Both the position numbers and the translations under genes were made by a program. The notes beneath the pieces were generated by a model. The model was not told the origin of the DNA. It saw nothing but the letters and a program-made list of their open reading frames with translations, and did no database searches. A stretch of DNA of 64,000 nucleotides from positions 24 to 64,023 of the forward strand of contig CAVQRP010000022.1 of the NCBI GenBank assembly GCA_963715295.1. Reading direction: 5' to 3'. This stretch comes from an uncultured Chloroflexia bacterium. GTDB taxonomy: Bacteria > Chloroflexota > Limnocylindria > Limnocylindrales > CSP1-4. Shown here one piece after another: positions 7,451-17,196 of the stretch (position 1 is its first letter; each line of letters starts with the position of its first letter).

Positions 7451-9287
7451 TCACCGTGGCCGCGGAGCGAGGTCGTAGTACGTCAGCGGGAAGCCGTCAT
7501 TGAACTGGCACTTCCAGTTCCCAGGGAGCAGCTGCATCCCTGCGTGAATGACGTCACCCAGCTGCCGATTCGCACACTTGGTCGCGGTGCCCGTGAGGGA
7601 GACGACCGAGCCGGTCTGGAAGACGACAGGAGTCGAGATGTCCTGGGTCTTCTCCTGGTGATCCCGTTGTAGGTCATCTTGAACTTGTACGACCCCGGGG
7701 CGAAGACTTCGAATTTCACGTTACCGTTGCTGTTCGTGGTCCCGCACGCGATCCAGGCTCCGCCGCCCTGCTGACGACATCGCCACCGTCAAGTCGGGTC
7801 ACCGACGTCGTCGATCAGCTTGATCGTGGCCTCCACGGTGCCGAAGGTGAAGATGGAATGGGTTGGCTGGTCGAAGATCTGGTCTCGGACCGTTGTGATA
7901 GCTGATGCGCACCTGGGTGTTGCCCACCGGACCACCGTCCAGCAGCTTGTACGCCACGCCGTCTGCGTCCGTGTTGCCCATCGACAGCCACGAGCCGCCA
8001 GGGGCGACCTCGGCCTTGGCGCCCTCGATCGGCGCGCCTGTGGAGTCGTTGACGTTGGCGACGACCATGCTCTTGGTGTAGGTCTCACCTGCGCCCCACT
8101 GAGAGGTTGACCCTGGGACCCGAACGGAAGTGGAACTTGTAGTCCCCGGCGAGCAGGTTCATCGTGGGCTTGTTGAACCAGCGTGCGTCGCCGCTCCCGC
8201 CGCCGTACGAGATGTTCTTGCTGTAGTACAGGGTGACCGTTGCCGTCTTCCACGTGAAGGTCGTGTCCGCGTCGGGCACGTCCTTGCTTTCCTTGGCCTG
8301 TGCCGTGCCCTGGTACTGCATCTCGAACGAGTAGGTACCGGGGAAGACCTCCGCGGATGACTTGCCATTCCCGTCGGTCAACCCGCCTGGCCACCACCAC
8401 GTCGTATACGTGCCGTTGCGACCGTAGCGAGCCTTGCCACCCGACAGCGGATCGTTGTCGGCGGTGTTGAGTTCCAGCGTCACATTCCGCGTCCGGAACT
8501 GGTACACGGAGTTCGATGCCGCGTTCTGAGTGACGGTCTGGATCGTGTTGTTGAACTTCATCTCGTTGGTGAGGTTCCCCACCAGACCGGGCAGTGCGTA
8601 CGCGAGGATGCCGGGGGCCGATGGCCTCATTGCCCGTGGAGCCGGGCGCGTACGCCCAGTAGTTCGTCTTGTAGCGTGCGGTCCCGCCGTCGAGTGGGTC
8701 GCCGTTGCTGTCGATCAGTCGCAGCGCGATGAGGCTGCGCGTGAAGCTCTTGCCGGGACCGTCCGCCAGCGGCCAGGTGAGCCCGAGCCGCCCCGATGCA
8801 CCACCCGTTCCGTCGAGCCGGAAGCGAACCTCGCTGCCGCCGAAGAGCTCCATCGACGGCTTGGAGAAGAACGCTGCGTTCCCCCTCCGCCCGACGTGCC
8901 GCCGAAGGCGATACTGCCACTGTACTGGAGGGTGACCAGCGTCGAGTAGAAATCGACAGTCTGGTCGCCGTTGATGGTGGCCGACTGGTGTCCACTGGAG
9001 TAGTTGTTTCGGACAATCCAGAGCTCCACGTCGGTACCAGAGTTGACAACCTTGGAACGGCAGCCGTTGCTGGCGGAATCGGCGACCCAGTAAGTGGTAC
9101 TGCCAATCTTCATCGTCACCTGGGCCGCACCCAGATTGACCTGGGCGCCAGTGCTGTCATGAGCGCAGACCGTGACCGTGTACTGCTCGACAGCGGATGC
9201 TGGCGCTGCAAGCGCCAAGGTCATCAACGATGCGAGTAGCAGGCCGCCTCCCTGCCGCCAGCGGTTCGTACGGAATGGGTTCCCCAC
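7451..9287 (-). pseudogene. large secreted surface protein, paralog of 5479..7103 N-terminal half; needs 6 or more frame switches
   Basis: GGAGG RBS precedes the GTG at 9287 and signal peptide MGNPFRTNRWRQGGGLLLASLMTLALAAPASA. Fragments lie in ORFs 8715..9287, 7789..8853, 8085..8630, 7799..8068 and 7483..7719. Repeated DSNGDPLDGGTARY / ADNDPLSGGKARY / DSTGAPIEGAKAEV modules are present. TFTWKTATVTLYYSKNISYGGGSGDARWFNKPTMNLLAGDYKFHF closely matches gene 5479..7103. The final frame ends NDGFPLTYYDLAPRPR*. Confidence 0.7.
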
Positions 9288-9396
9288 GGGATCCCTCCTT
9301 CTCGCCCTGGAAGGGGCGGCCCTGACCGCCTCTCTCGACCACTCCGTCCCACGGCGAACGCGGTGGGGTCCAGGGTCTTGCAGGGCACGTTACGTA

Positions 9397-9424
9397 ATCA
9401 TACCTATTCCCATGGTGTGGTCAA
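9397..9424 (-). promoter_or_regulatory. sigma-70-type promoter candidate for 7451..9287 (TTGACC-16-TATGAT)
   Basis: The minus strand reads TTGACCacaccatgggaataggTATGAT in a conspicuously AT-richer patch, about 100 nt upstream of the GTG at 9287. Confidence 0.45.
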
Positions 9425-9546
9425 GTGCGGTTGAGCGGGGTCTGGATGGGTCGCGGGGGACCTTCGCCCCCTGAGTCGCTAGGCCGGGTGCCCGGTCAGG
9501 GCAGAAGGGCGAGGCAGCCCGGGCAGGTACGCGCGGCCGATCGCTT

Positions 9547-9574
9547 CCGCGCCCACGGAGAGCATCTAACTGGG
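9547..9574 (+). repeat. degenerate inverted copy of the tRNA-Arg-like 5' segment
   Basis: CCGCGCCCACGGAGAGCATCTAACTGGG on the plus strand mirrors GGCGCCC..GAGCATCTGACTTCGG on the minus strand, with the D-loop deleted. It can pair with 9633-9667. Confidence 0.35.
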
Positions 9575-9627
9575 CATGTTTCGTGAGATGCCCCACGCTC
9601 GCTAGCACGCCGCATAGACGCGGATAG

Positions 9628-9667
9628 TCCGAAGTCAGATGCTCTGATCCACTGAGCTACGGGCGCC
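9628..9667 (-). pseudogene. tRNA-Arg(UCG)-like 5' half (acceptor 5' strand, D-arm, anticodon stem 5' strand and loop); no T-arm or 3' acceptor
   Basis: The minus strand reads GGCGCCC GT AGCTCAGTGGATCAGAGC A TCTGA CTTCGGA, then diverges (CTATCCGCG...). No GGTTCGA-type T-arm is found downstream. Confidence 0.55.
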
Positions 9668-9952
9668 GGTTTCACGCTCAGAATGAGCGTCCAAGTCGTG
9701 GTCCGGGTTAGCACGTCGTCTGTAGAGCGAACAAGTCGGTGAGCTTGTACCCGCACCGGAGACGCCGAGGCGATGAGCCGGAACCTGACCACGGACGCAA
9801 GTATCGCATCCCTCGGCATCCGTGCCGATGCCGTCAGCTTCAGGTTCGAGGCGTGATGCCAGACTTGCGGACGACCCGATGATCTGCAGCGGGTGTCCGT
9901 CGCCCGCGATCCCAAGCTTCCGCGGGGCGCGCGGACGCGTCCTGGCCCGCCT

Positions 9953-10781
9953 CTAGAGCTCGGTGCGCTCGAATCGCCAGAACGCGACGATCGTGAAGAT
10001 GACGCACGCCGTGCCCGTGAACACGATCGCCCCGTACGTCTGGATCGGCTGGCCGCCGATGATGGCGCCGATCACGCTCGTATCGGACCCCGCGATGGGC
10101 ACCAGCAGGGACCACGGCAGGTACTCGATGATGGGGAAGGCCGCCGAGCAGCTGCTGGCCGAACGCGAAGGCCAGGGGGATCGCGATCACCGGCCCGGCG
10201 CTATCGAACAGTGTCCCAAGCATGAGCGAAAGCGTCAGGTAGAAGAGCAGGTTCAGCCCGGCCACAGCGGCGCCCAGCGCGAACGGCCCCAGATCCACGT
10301 CGATGCCGGCGAGCGCCAGCTGCACGAGCAGGACGGAGCTTGGGATCAGGATCATCGTCGCCAGCACGCCGACCGAGTTCGGCACGAGCTTGGACAGCAC
10401 GAACGCCGTCCTCGATGCCGGCTTGGACAGCACCCATGCGGCGGTGCCACTCCGCTTCTCGCCGACGATCGCCTCCTGCATGATGATCGTGACGGCGATG
10501 GCTGCGAACGTGGTCATCACGCCGAAGACGGTGAAGATCGCCTGGCGGTCCGGGGCGTCACCCCAGATCAGGGCCGCGAGCGACCCGTTCAAGACCGCGA
10601 TCCAGATCAGCGACTGGATCCACCAGGTCCTGGTCTTCCACCACGAGCCGAAGCCCGCGGCCATGAGACTCGGGAGGCCGCTGCGCCATCCCGTCTGCGT
10701 GACCCGGTCCAGCCCCACGGGGCCCGACACGCTGGAGCTACCCATCGTCGCGCGTCCCTTCGACCAGGCTGACGAAGACAT
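9953..10781 (-). CDS. ABC-2 type transporter permease (one frame switch near 10130; start 10781 or 10745)
   Basis: ORF 9840..10781 is polytopic (WWIQSLIWIAVLNG, VGVLATMILIPSSVLLVQLALAG...). The true C-terminus is in another frame (PIIEYLPWSLLVPIAGSDTSVIGAIIGGQPIQTYGAIVFTGTACVIFTIVAFWRFERTEL*), with its stop at 9953. It overlaps the ATPase stop. Confidence 0.8.
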
Positions 10782-11700
10782 CCTCGAGGCTGGCCGTCTG
10801 CTGCCTGAACCCCTTCACGACGAGTGACTCGTCGGCGAGGAGCACGCGTTGCATCCGGGACTCCGCCGCCTGCGCATCCGACACGACCACGTGCAAGGTC
10901 GCCGATCCGTCGAAGTCGGAGACCGTCACCGTCTCCACCCAGGGCTCGGCCAGCAGCGTCAGCCGCGCCCGCTCGACATCTCCGACCACGTCCACCAGGA
11001 ACGCGGTCCCGGACCCGGCCGAGAGGATCTCCGAAATGGGACCCTGCGCCGCGATCCCGCCGTTGTTGAGGATGCACACGGTGTCGCTCACGCGCTGGAC
11101 GTCGTCCAGGAGGTGTGTCGAGTAGAACACCGTCGACGTCGCTCGGAAGCCCTCGAGGATCGCCAGCACGTCACGCCTCCCGAGCGGGTCGAGCGATGCG
11201 GCCGGCTCGTCCAGGATGAGCAGCTCGGGCTCGTGGATCTGCGCCTGTGCGATCCCGAGCCGCTGCCGCTCGCCACCGGAGAAGCCCTTGATCGCGCGGT
11301 CGGCTGCGTCGGTCAACCCGACGAGATCCAGCATCGACGCGACCCGGTCCTCGATCGCGGCCTTGGGACCGCTGAAGAAGAAGCTCGCGGCGAACCGCAG
11401 CGTCTCCCGCGCGGTCATGTGCTCGTAGAAACGGGGGTCCTGGGGCAGGTATCCGACCCGGGCGCGGATCGCGGGGCTGTGTCGTTCGATGTCGAGGCCG
11501 AACACGGCGCCGGTGCCCGCCGAGGGACGGATGAGTCCCAGCAGCATCTTCATCGTCGTGGTCTTGCCGGCGCCGTTGGGACCAAGGAAGCCGAAGATGG
11601 AGTGGCGGGGGACGACCAGATCCAGGGATCGAACGACGTCGAGGCCGCTGTAGGACTTGGTCAGCCCAGCGGTCTGGACAACCGCCTCCTCCACCGCCAT
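10738..11700 (-). CDS. ABC transporter ATP-binding protein (ABC-2/DrrA-like)
   Basis: From the ATG at 11700 in ORF 10738..11913. Walker A GPNGAGKTT, signature FSGGERQRL, Walker B LLILDEP. Confidence 0.9.
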   Translation of the reverse strand: MAVEEAVVQTAGLTKSYSGLDVVRSLDLVVPRHSIFGFLGPNGAGKTTTMKMLLGLIRPSAGTGAVFGLDIERHSPAIRARVGYLPQDPRFYEHMTARETLRFAASFFFSGPKAAIEDRVASMLDLVGLTDAADRAIKGFSGGERQRLGIAQAQIHEPELLILDEPAASLDPLGRRDVLAILEGFRATSTVFYSTHLLDDVQRVSDTVCILNNGGIAAQGPISEILSAGSGTAFLVDVVGDVERARLTLLAEPWVETVTVSDFDGSATLHVVVSDAQAAESRMQRVLLADESLVVKGFRQQTASLEDVFVSLVEGTRDDG

Positions 11701-11947
11701 GCGAGCCCTCCCGTTCGCGCCACCGCCAGCCCCCTGCCGTGAACAGTAGCTCAGGCTCGAATGGTGAGCCCGCCCAGGACGTGGCGGGTGGGTCGCCCGG
11801 ATCGCCCGGATGTGGACGCAGGCGGACAGCACGGCGTCGTGCACGGCATGGGCGGCGCGGTCGTCGTCGCGCAGGATCAGGCGAGCCGTCCGGAAGAGCT
11901 GACCGAACGACACGGCGTCTCGCTATCAGACACGACCGCTGACCACG

Positions 11948-12815
11948 TCAGACCATCCGTCGAGCACGGCGGGGGCGCACTGCAGCGACATCCTGACACC
12001 CGAACCGGCGGCCGCTCACCAGCGCATCCTCGATGCGGGCTCCCGCGTCGGCTACGGGCTCGCTCCGTATCGAGGCGAGGACTTCGATCCGACGGTCCCT
12101 CCGGAGGGGGTCATCGAGGACACGACGACGGTCACGTCCGTCCAGGGGCTCAGGATCGAAGCTCCGGCCCTGGCCGCGTCTGGCGGGCATCACGATCGAG
12201 GGCCGGCGCTTGTTCGATGTCTCGCATTGCGGCCCATAGTGCGTGTCGCGCCTCGTCCATCGACGACCAGCTGCGCGGTGAGAACGTCGGTCACGGTCAC
12301 CGACACCCGCTGCGAGATGTCTTCGAGGATCGTGTCCGCCCAGTGGCTCCCCAGCCGGACGGCCTGCCAGCGACAGCAGGCGATCAAGGAGGAACGCGCG
12401 CCAGCAGGCCGCCGATGATGAGGACGGCCGGGGTGGGCATCGGCCCGAGCACAGGGAGGTCGACGCTGGCGGTTGGCATGGACCCGCCACGGCCCACGAG
12501 CACCACGAGCCAGATCGTCCCGACCAGCAAGGAGCCAGTCGCCAGAAGCTGCAGGAGTCCGATCGCCGGCCAGAGCCTGCTGTGCGGCCCGTCGCCCACC
12601 GCCGGGCTGCTCACGGCGGAGTCGATGCCCTGCGCCAGTTGCTTGCCGATGGACGCAGGGTCCGCGGTCGCGAGTACGCCCGGCCGCAGTCGCGCGGGCA
12701 GGCCGTCGGCGGCCGCCAGCAGGACCTGCCGGATGGGTGCCACGACACGGTCGAGGGAGCCGCGTTCGCGCCAGCGCCGCAGGTAGCCCTCCGGATCAGC
12801 CCGCCGCGCTGTCAC
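11948..12815 (-). CDS. membrane protein, third gene of the GTPase operon (2 or more frame switches)
   Basis: The GTG at 12815 overlaps the upstream stop (GTGA). ORF 12384..12815 carries TM segments LWPAIGLLQLLATGSLLVGTIWLVVLV and PTPAVLIIGGLLA. It continues through ORFs 12190..12387 and 11948..12490. Confidence 0.5.
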
Positions 12816-13791
12816 GCCTGAACCGCGCTGTCCAGCAGCATCCGTGCCCGCTGGACCGGTCCGCGGCCTGCGCTGCCTGCCTCAGCGCGCACCGCCGCCG
12901 CTGCCTGGGCGTGCAGCCCCTCGGGACCGATGAGTTCGAGGATAGCGTCGCGCGCGGCGGCCGCTGCGCCTGCCTGTACCGCCGTCCTCACCAGCGGGCC
13001 GGGCGCGACCGCGCCGCGATGTCGGCAGCCGCGGCCAGCTCCGCGAACAGCATCGACGGCACTCTGATCGCAGTCGCTCCGTCACGACCGCCTTGGCGGA
13101 TACCCCCTCGAACAACCAGTCACGTAGCGGCTCCGTATCCGCGAGGGCCGACACGCTCAGCACGGGGACTTCCGGCAGTGCTTGCTGCCGAAGCCGACGC
13201 CGGAGGTCATCGCAGACGTGCTCCATGTCCTCGGGAGCCAGTCGGTCGGCCTTGTTGACGACGACGGCCTGGCGAGCGAGACGTGGCATCCAGCGTCGCA
13301 GGTAGCGATCGTGCAGGATGGCGTCGTCGTACTTCTCCGGGTCGGTCACCCACAGCACGGCATCGATCTTCGGCAGGACGGCATCGACGCGAGCGGCGTG
13401 GGTCGGCTCGATGGAGTCGAGATCCGGAAGATCGACGATGGCGACGGCGGCCTCCTCGCCGGCCCATGTCCTGACCTCCGCCCCGCCCAGCCACTCGAGC
13501 AAGGGGGCGGCTTCGGCCTGGTAGCCGGAGGGCAGCAGGGCCACGGGCGACCTGGTGGTCGGACGACGGGCGCCGGCTGCGCTGATATCAGCGCCGGCGA
13601 TGGCATTCAGGAGGCTGGACTTGCCCACGCCAGTCCCGCCGGCCAGGCCGAGCACGTAGAGGTCACTCGGGTAGCCCTGCCGCTCCTCGATGGTCCGAGC
13701 GACGACCTGCGCCTCAGCGATCTCAAGGCCGAGTGATCTCGGCGGCCTCGATGGCGCGCTCCAGGCGCCCCCGATTCGGCTCGAGAGTCAT
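12812..13791 (-). CDS. P-loop GTPase, dynamin-like/HSR1-type (short partner); 3 or more frame switches
   Basis: The ATG at 13791 overlaps the upstream stop (ATGA). G1 GGTGVGKSSLLNAIAG, DLPDLDS and G4 VVNKADRL lie in ORF 12882..13655. The C-terminus is in other frames and ends LLDSAVQA*. Confidence 0.75.
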
Positions 13792-15525
13792 GCGCTCAAG
13801 CCTCGAGCGGAGCGGAGCTCGTTCGCCAGCCGCTCACGCGTGGCGATATCCCCGAGCCGTTCCTCGAACCGTCGTTGCTCTGCGGCCAGGAGAGCCTCCA
13901 GGGCATCGCTCAGACGCCGGCGCGCACGACTGATCATCTCCTGCACCGCCGCCTCACCGAAGAGGGCGTTGAGCAGCTTCTGATTGAGGAAGGCGGTGGC
14001 CGCGGCGATGCCGGCTTCGGCGCCGGTGAGCCCGCCGGTGTGGCTGAAGGTCACGAGCATGAGCGTCACCGCCACCGCGTTCACGCCCAGCGCCGCGAGA
14101 CGGGCCGCGCCGCGTCGCCCGGTCCCGTGCGCTGCCACGTCCTGGGCGATCGCCTCGATCCAGGCGTCGACCGCACTGCGCGTCGCCGTCTCGAGGCCGG
14201 GCGTGCACGACCAGAGCTCCGGATGAGCGGCGACGAGCAGTGCGCCGGTCGGGTCGGAAGACCAGCGCTCAGAGGTCCGGCGCGCGGCTTCTGCGGCGTG
14301 ATTCGTGACGAGGGCGGCGATGTCGTCGGTCGCGCCCTGCTGGACCGCCGCGACCGGCGCGCGCGGAGTTCGCCGCAGGAGCGCCCCCAACGTGCCGCGT
14401 ACCTGGCCGATGCCCTTGGCGAAGAAGCGCGTGACCTGGTCTGCCCCCACGAAAGCTGTGCCAGTTGCGGATGACCTCCTCGCGCAAGAGCGAGCCGGAG
14501 AACAGCCGCTCGAGCATCACGGCGTTCTCATCGGCGTACGCGTGCTGGGCGTACTCGAGGAGGGTCTTTCGTGCCTGCACCTCCCGGTCAAGGTCGTCCG
14601 CCACGCCGCGGGCCAAGTGGCGTGACGCCGCGGAGCGCACCGGCCAGGGCATCCGCGGCGAGGGTGCGCCGCTCGGCGGCGTCAGCCGACAGCGACCGCC
14701 AGCCAGCGCCGGAGTGGCTCGACGGCCGACGGCGCCAGCGAGGCGCGGTCCTCGGCGAGCGCGCCGTCGGGGACGCTGATGATCTCGCGCACGCGAAGCT
14801 CGGTCTCCGCCAGCAGCGCCGCGATGTCGTCGAGTACTACCTTGGCGTCTTCTCCTGCGGGCATCCGGTTGACGATGACGACGAGGTCGAGGCGACGCTG
14901 CTCGGCCCGCTCCAGCACGTCCCACGGGACGCGGTCGGCATAGCGTGTCGCGGTCGTCACGAAGAGACCGACGTCAGCGGCCTCGAGGAGGTGGTCGGCC
15001 AGGGCGCGACCGGCGTGTTCGACCGAATCGACGTCGGGTGCGTCGACGATCACCAGGCCCGGCAGGACACCCACGACGTGTCGCTCGACACGCTCGTCCG
15101 GGAGGCCGGCCAGGGCGCCGGACATCGATGGCGCGTTCCAGGTCGGCGGCATCGCCCATCGCGATGGCATCTCGTGTCGTGGGTCGCAACACACCCGTCG
15201 CGCTAACCTGCGCATCGGCCAATGTGTTGAGAAGGCTGGATTTGCCGGAACCCGTGGGCCCCACGATGGCGACGAGCAGCGGAGCATCGAGGTCACGGGC
15301 CCGCGGCAACAGGAAGGAACGCGCGTGGTCGCGAAGCTCGCGGGCACGTTCGCGCGGTCCGCGTGCCGCCGCGGGCGAGACGGGGGCTTCGGGATCGAGG
15401 CCGATCTCCCGCTGGGCCTCGGCAAGCACCTGCCAGCGTTGATCCGCGCCCTCAGCCAGACGCTCCACCTGCGCCACGACGTCGTGCGGTTCGCTCACCG
15501 TCGAGCCGTCCAGCACCTCGCTCAT
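13788..15525 (-). CDS. P-loop GTPase, dynamin-like (long partner with hydrophobic paddle); 3 or more frame switches
   Basis: The ATG at 15525 gives MSEVLDGS. G1 GPTGSGKSSLLNTL is in ORF 14974..15645. VIVDAPDVDS and VIVNRMP are in ORF 14682..15425. A middle part is in ORF 14269..14925. The C-terminus in ORF 13788..14450 carries AARLAALGVNAVAVTLMLVTFSHTGGLTGAEAGIAAATAF. Confidence 0.75.
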
Positions 15526-15747
15526 CAGCCCATCATGGCGGGATGATGGCGCCCGCGCTCGTCCGCGACCCGCCGCAGCGCGGTTCAGACGGGACTCGCC
15601 ATCGCCCTGGACCAGGCGCTGCCGCCTCTCAACGCGGCTCCGCACCAGGTGAGCGATCGACCGGCTCGCTACCTAACGTCCCGGCACCCCTTCCACTTAC
15701 GAAATGGCCATGGCGCGTCGCCTGCACCGGTCGCAGGCTCCCGGGAC

Positions 15748-16344
15748 ATGAGCACTGCGACCCTGAGCCTCGTACTCGAACGCCGACCCGAGGACATCCA
15801 CGAGCCGGAGTTCGCCGCCTACACCCCGCTCGTGGGTTTCGAGGCCTTCCTTTCCGCCCAACGAGTGTTCGGCTGGGTGCGTCTCGACGCGGAGCGCCTG
15901 ACCGACCTGCTCAACGCCCACGATCTCATCCACCTTGAGAATGTTCATGTGGAGAACCTCCGCGACGGCACGACCATATCCGCCGACGAGACCCTCCTGC
16001 CTCGCTCCGAGCTCATCGCCGTCATCGCCAGTGGCCCGCGGGGCGATCCCGCTCGCCGGCGCGCGACCAGACCCTATGCGGTGGTCGTCGAAGCGGGCAT
16101 CTACCGCATCAGCGGTTGTATCCACGCCGCGCCCGGGGTAGACCCAGACGTTCGACTGCACAGCGGCGGCCCCATGCTTCCGCTGACAGGGGCCTGGCTC
16201 GAGTATCGCGCTGGTCACCAGAACCGCCGCCATGCCCTGGAGACGGTCATCATCAATCGACGACTGGCGACTCGGATCGAGATGGCTCCTGGACCCCAGC
16301 CGGACGTACCCCTGGGCGGACAACACTGGCGCCACTGTCGATGA
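15748..16344 (+). CDS. hypothetical protein (198 aa)
   Basis: From the ATG at 15748 in ORF 15649..16344, with balanced composition (LVGFEAFLSAQRVFGWVRLDAERLTDLLNAHDLIHLENVHVENL...). It is divergent from the GTPase operon. Confidence 0.55.
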   Translation: MSTATLSLVLERRPEDIHEPEFAAYTPLVGFEAFLSAQRVFGWVRLDAERLTDLLNAHDLIHLENVHVENLRDGTTISADETLLPRSELIAVIASGPRGDPARRRATRPYAVVVEAGIYRISGCIHAAPGVDPDVRLHSGGPMLPLTGAWLEYRAGHQNRRHALETVIINRRLATRIEMAPGPQPDVPLGGQHWRHCR

Positions 16345-16417
16345 GCGACGGCTCTCGGGCACTTCGCCCGCTGATCGCGTCACGAAGGGTTGCCTGCTCT
16401 AACGTGGAGGAGCGTCC

Positions 16418-17047
16418 ATGTACGACCTTCTGATGGCTTCTGCGGCGACTGCCGCACTGCTCGCGCTCGGCACCGGCGGCCCGGTAGGCGCGCAGGACGG
16501 CGAACTCGATCCCATCGGCTTCGGCGGCCGCGTGGAGGTCGCCGAGGTGGGCTACGCGCTGACATTCCCGGAGGATTGGGTCTACGTCTATCCCTCGGCC
16601 ACGGACGTGAGCGAGGTCATGGACCTGGCCAGTGAAGCCGTACCCGCCCTCGCGACCACCATCGAGGCCGCTCTGCAACAAGGGTTGGGGCTCTCACTCA
16701 TGGCCTTCGGAGACGTGGACCAGGATCGAGGATTCGCCGAGAACTGCAATGTCCTTGACGCGCCTGCCGGCGGGGTGCCCCTGTCCCTCGCTGTGGCAGC
16801 AGAGACCGCAGCCTACGCCCGGCTCGGCGACCAACTCGCATCCGGACCAGACGTCACGATGCTCGAGCTTCCAGCCGGCGAGGCCGCACGGATCGACTAC
16901 GGACTTCGCTTCCCGGGCTACGAGACCCTCCATGCCGCGTACTTCTTCAGCGACGGTTCCGTCTTCTTCGTGCTGACCTGCACCGACCTGGAGCGGCCCG
17001 ACGACGATTGGCTCTCCATCGCGGAGACCTTCGAGTTCCTGCCCTGA
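16418..17047 (+). CDS. secreted hypothetical protein
   Basis: Intact 209-aa ORF with GGAGGA RBS and signal peptide MYDLLMASAATAALLALGTGGPVGAQ. Confidence 0.7.
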   Translation: MYDLLMASAATAALLALGTGGPVGAQDGELDPIGFGGRVEVAEVGYALTFPEDWVYVYPSATDVSEVMDLASEAVPALATTIEAALQQGLGLSLMAFGDVDQDRGFAENCNVLDAPAGGVPLSLAVAAETAAYARLGDQLASGPDVTMLELPAGEAARIDYGLRFPGYETLHAAYFFSDGSVFFVLTCTDLERPDDDWLSIAETFEFLP

Positions 17048-17196
17048 GCGACGGGCACAGGAGCGCGAGGTTCGCCCGCGGCTGAAGGTCGCGTTTGCAG
17101 CCCGGCGCGATGAAGAACACCCTGTGGCTGCAGCTACTGAGGTCGGCCGCGTCCCGCTCGTGGGATATCGAGTAACGCCTCTATCATCGTCCGACC

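Noticed and set aside
9430-9900. tmRNA, RNase P RNA or a complete tRNA in the lower-GC non-coding stretch
   Set aside because: I find no GGTTCGA-type T-arm, no tRNA-like 3' end with CCA, and no GAGGAAAGTCCGGGC-type RNase P core. Only the tRNA-Arg 5' half and local hairpins are present.
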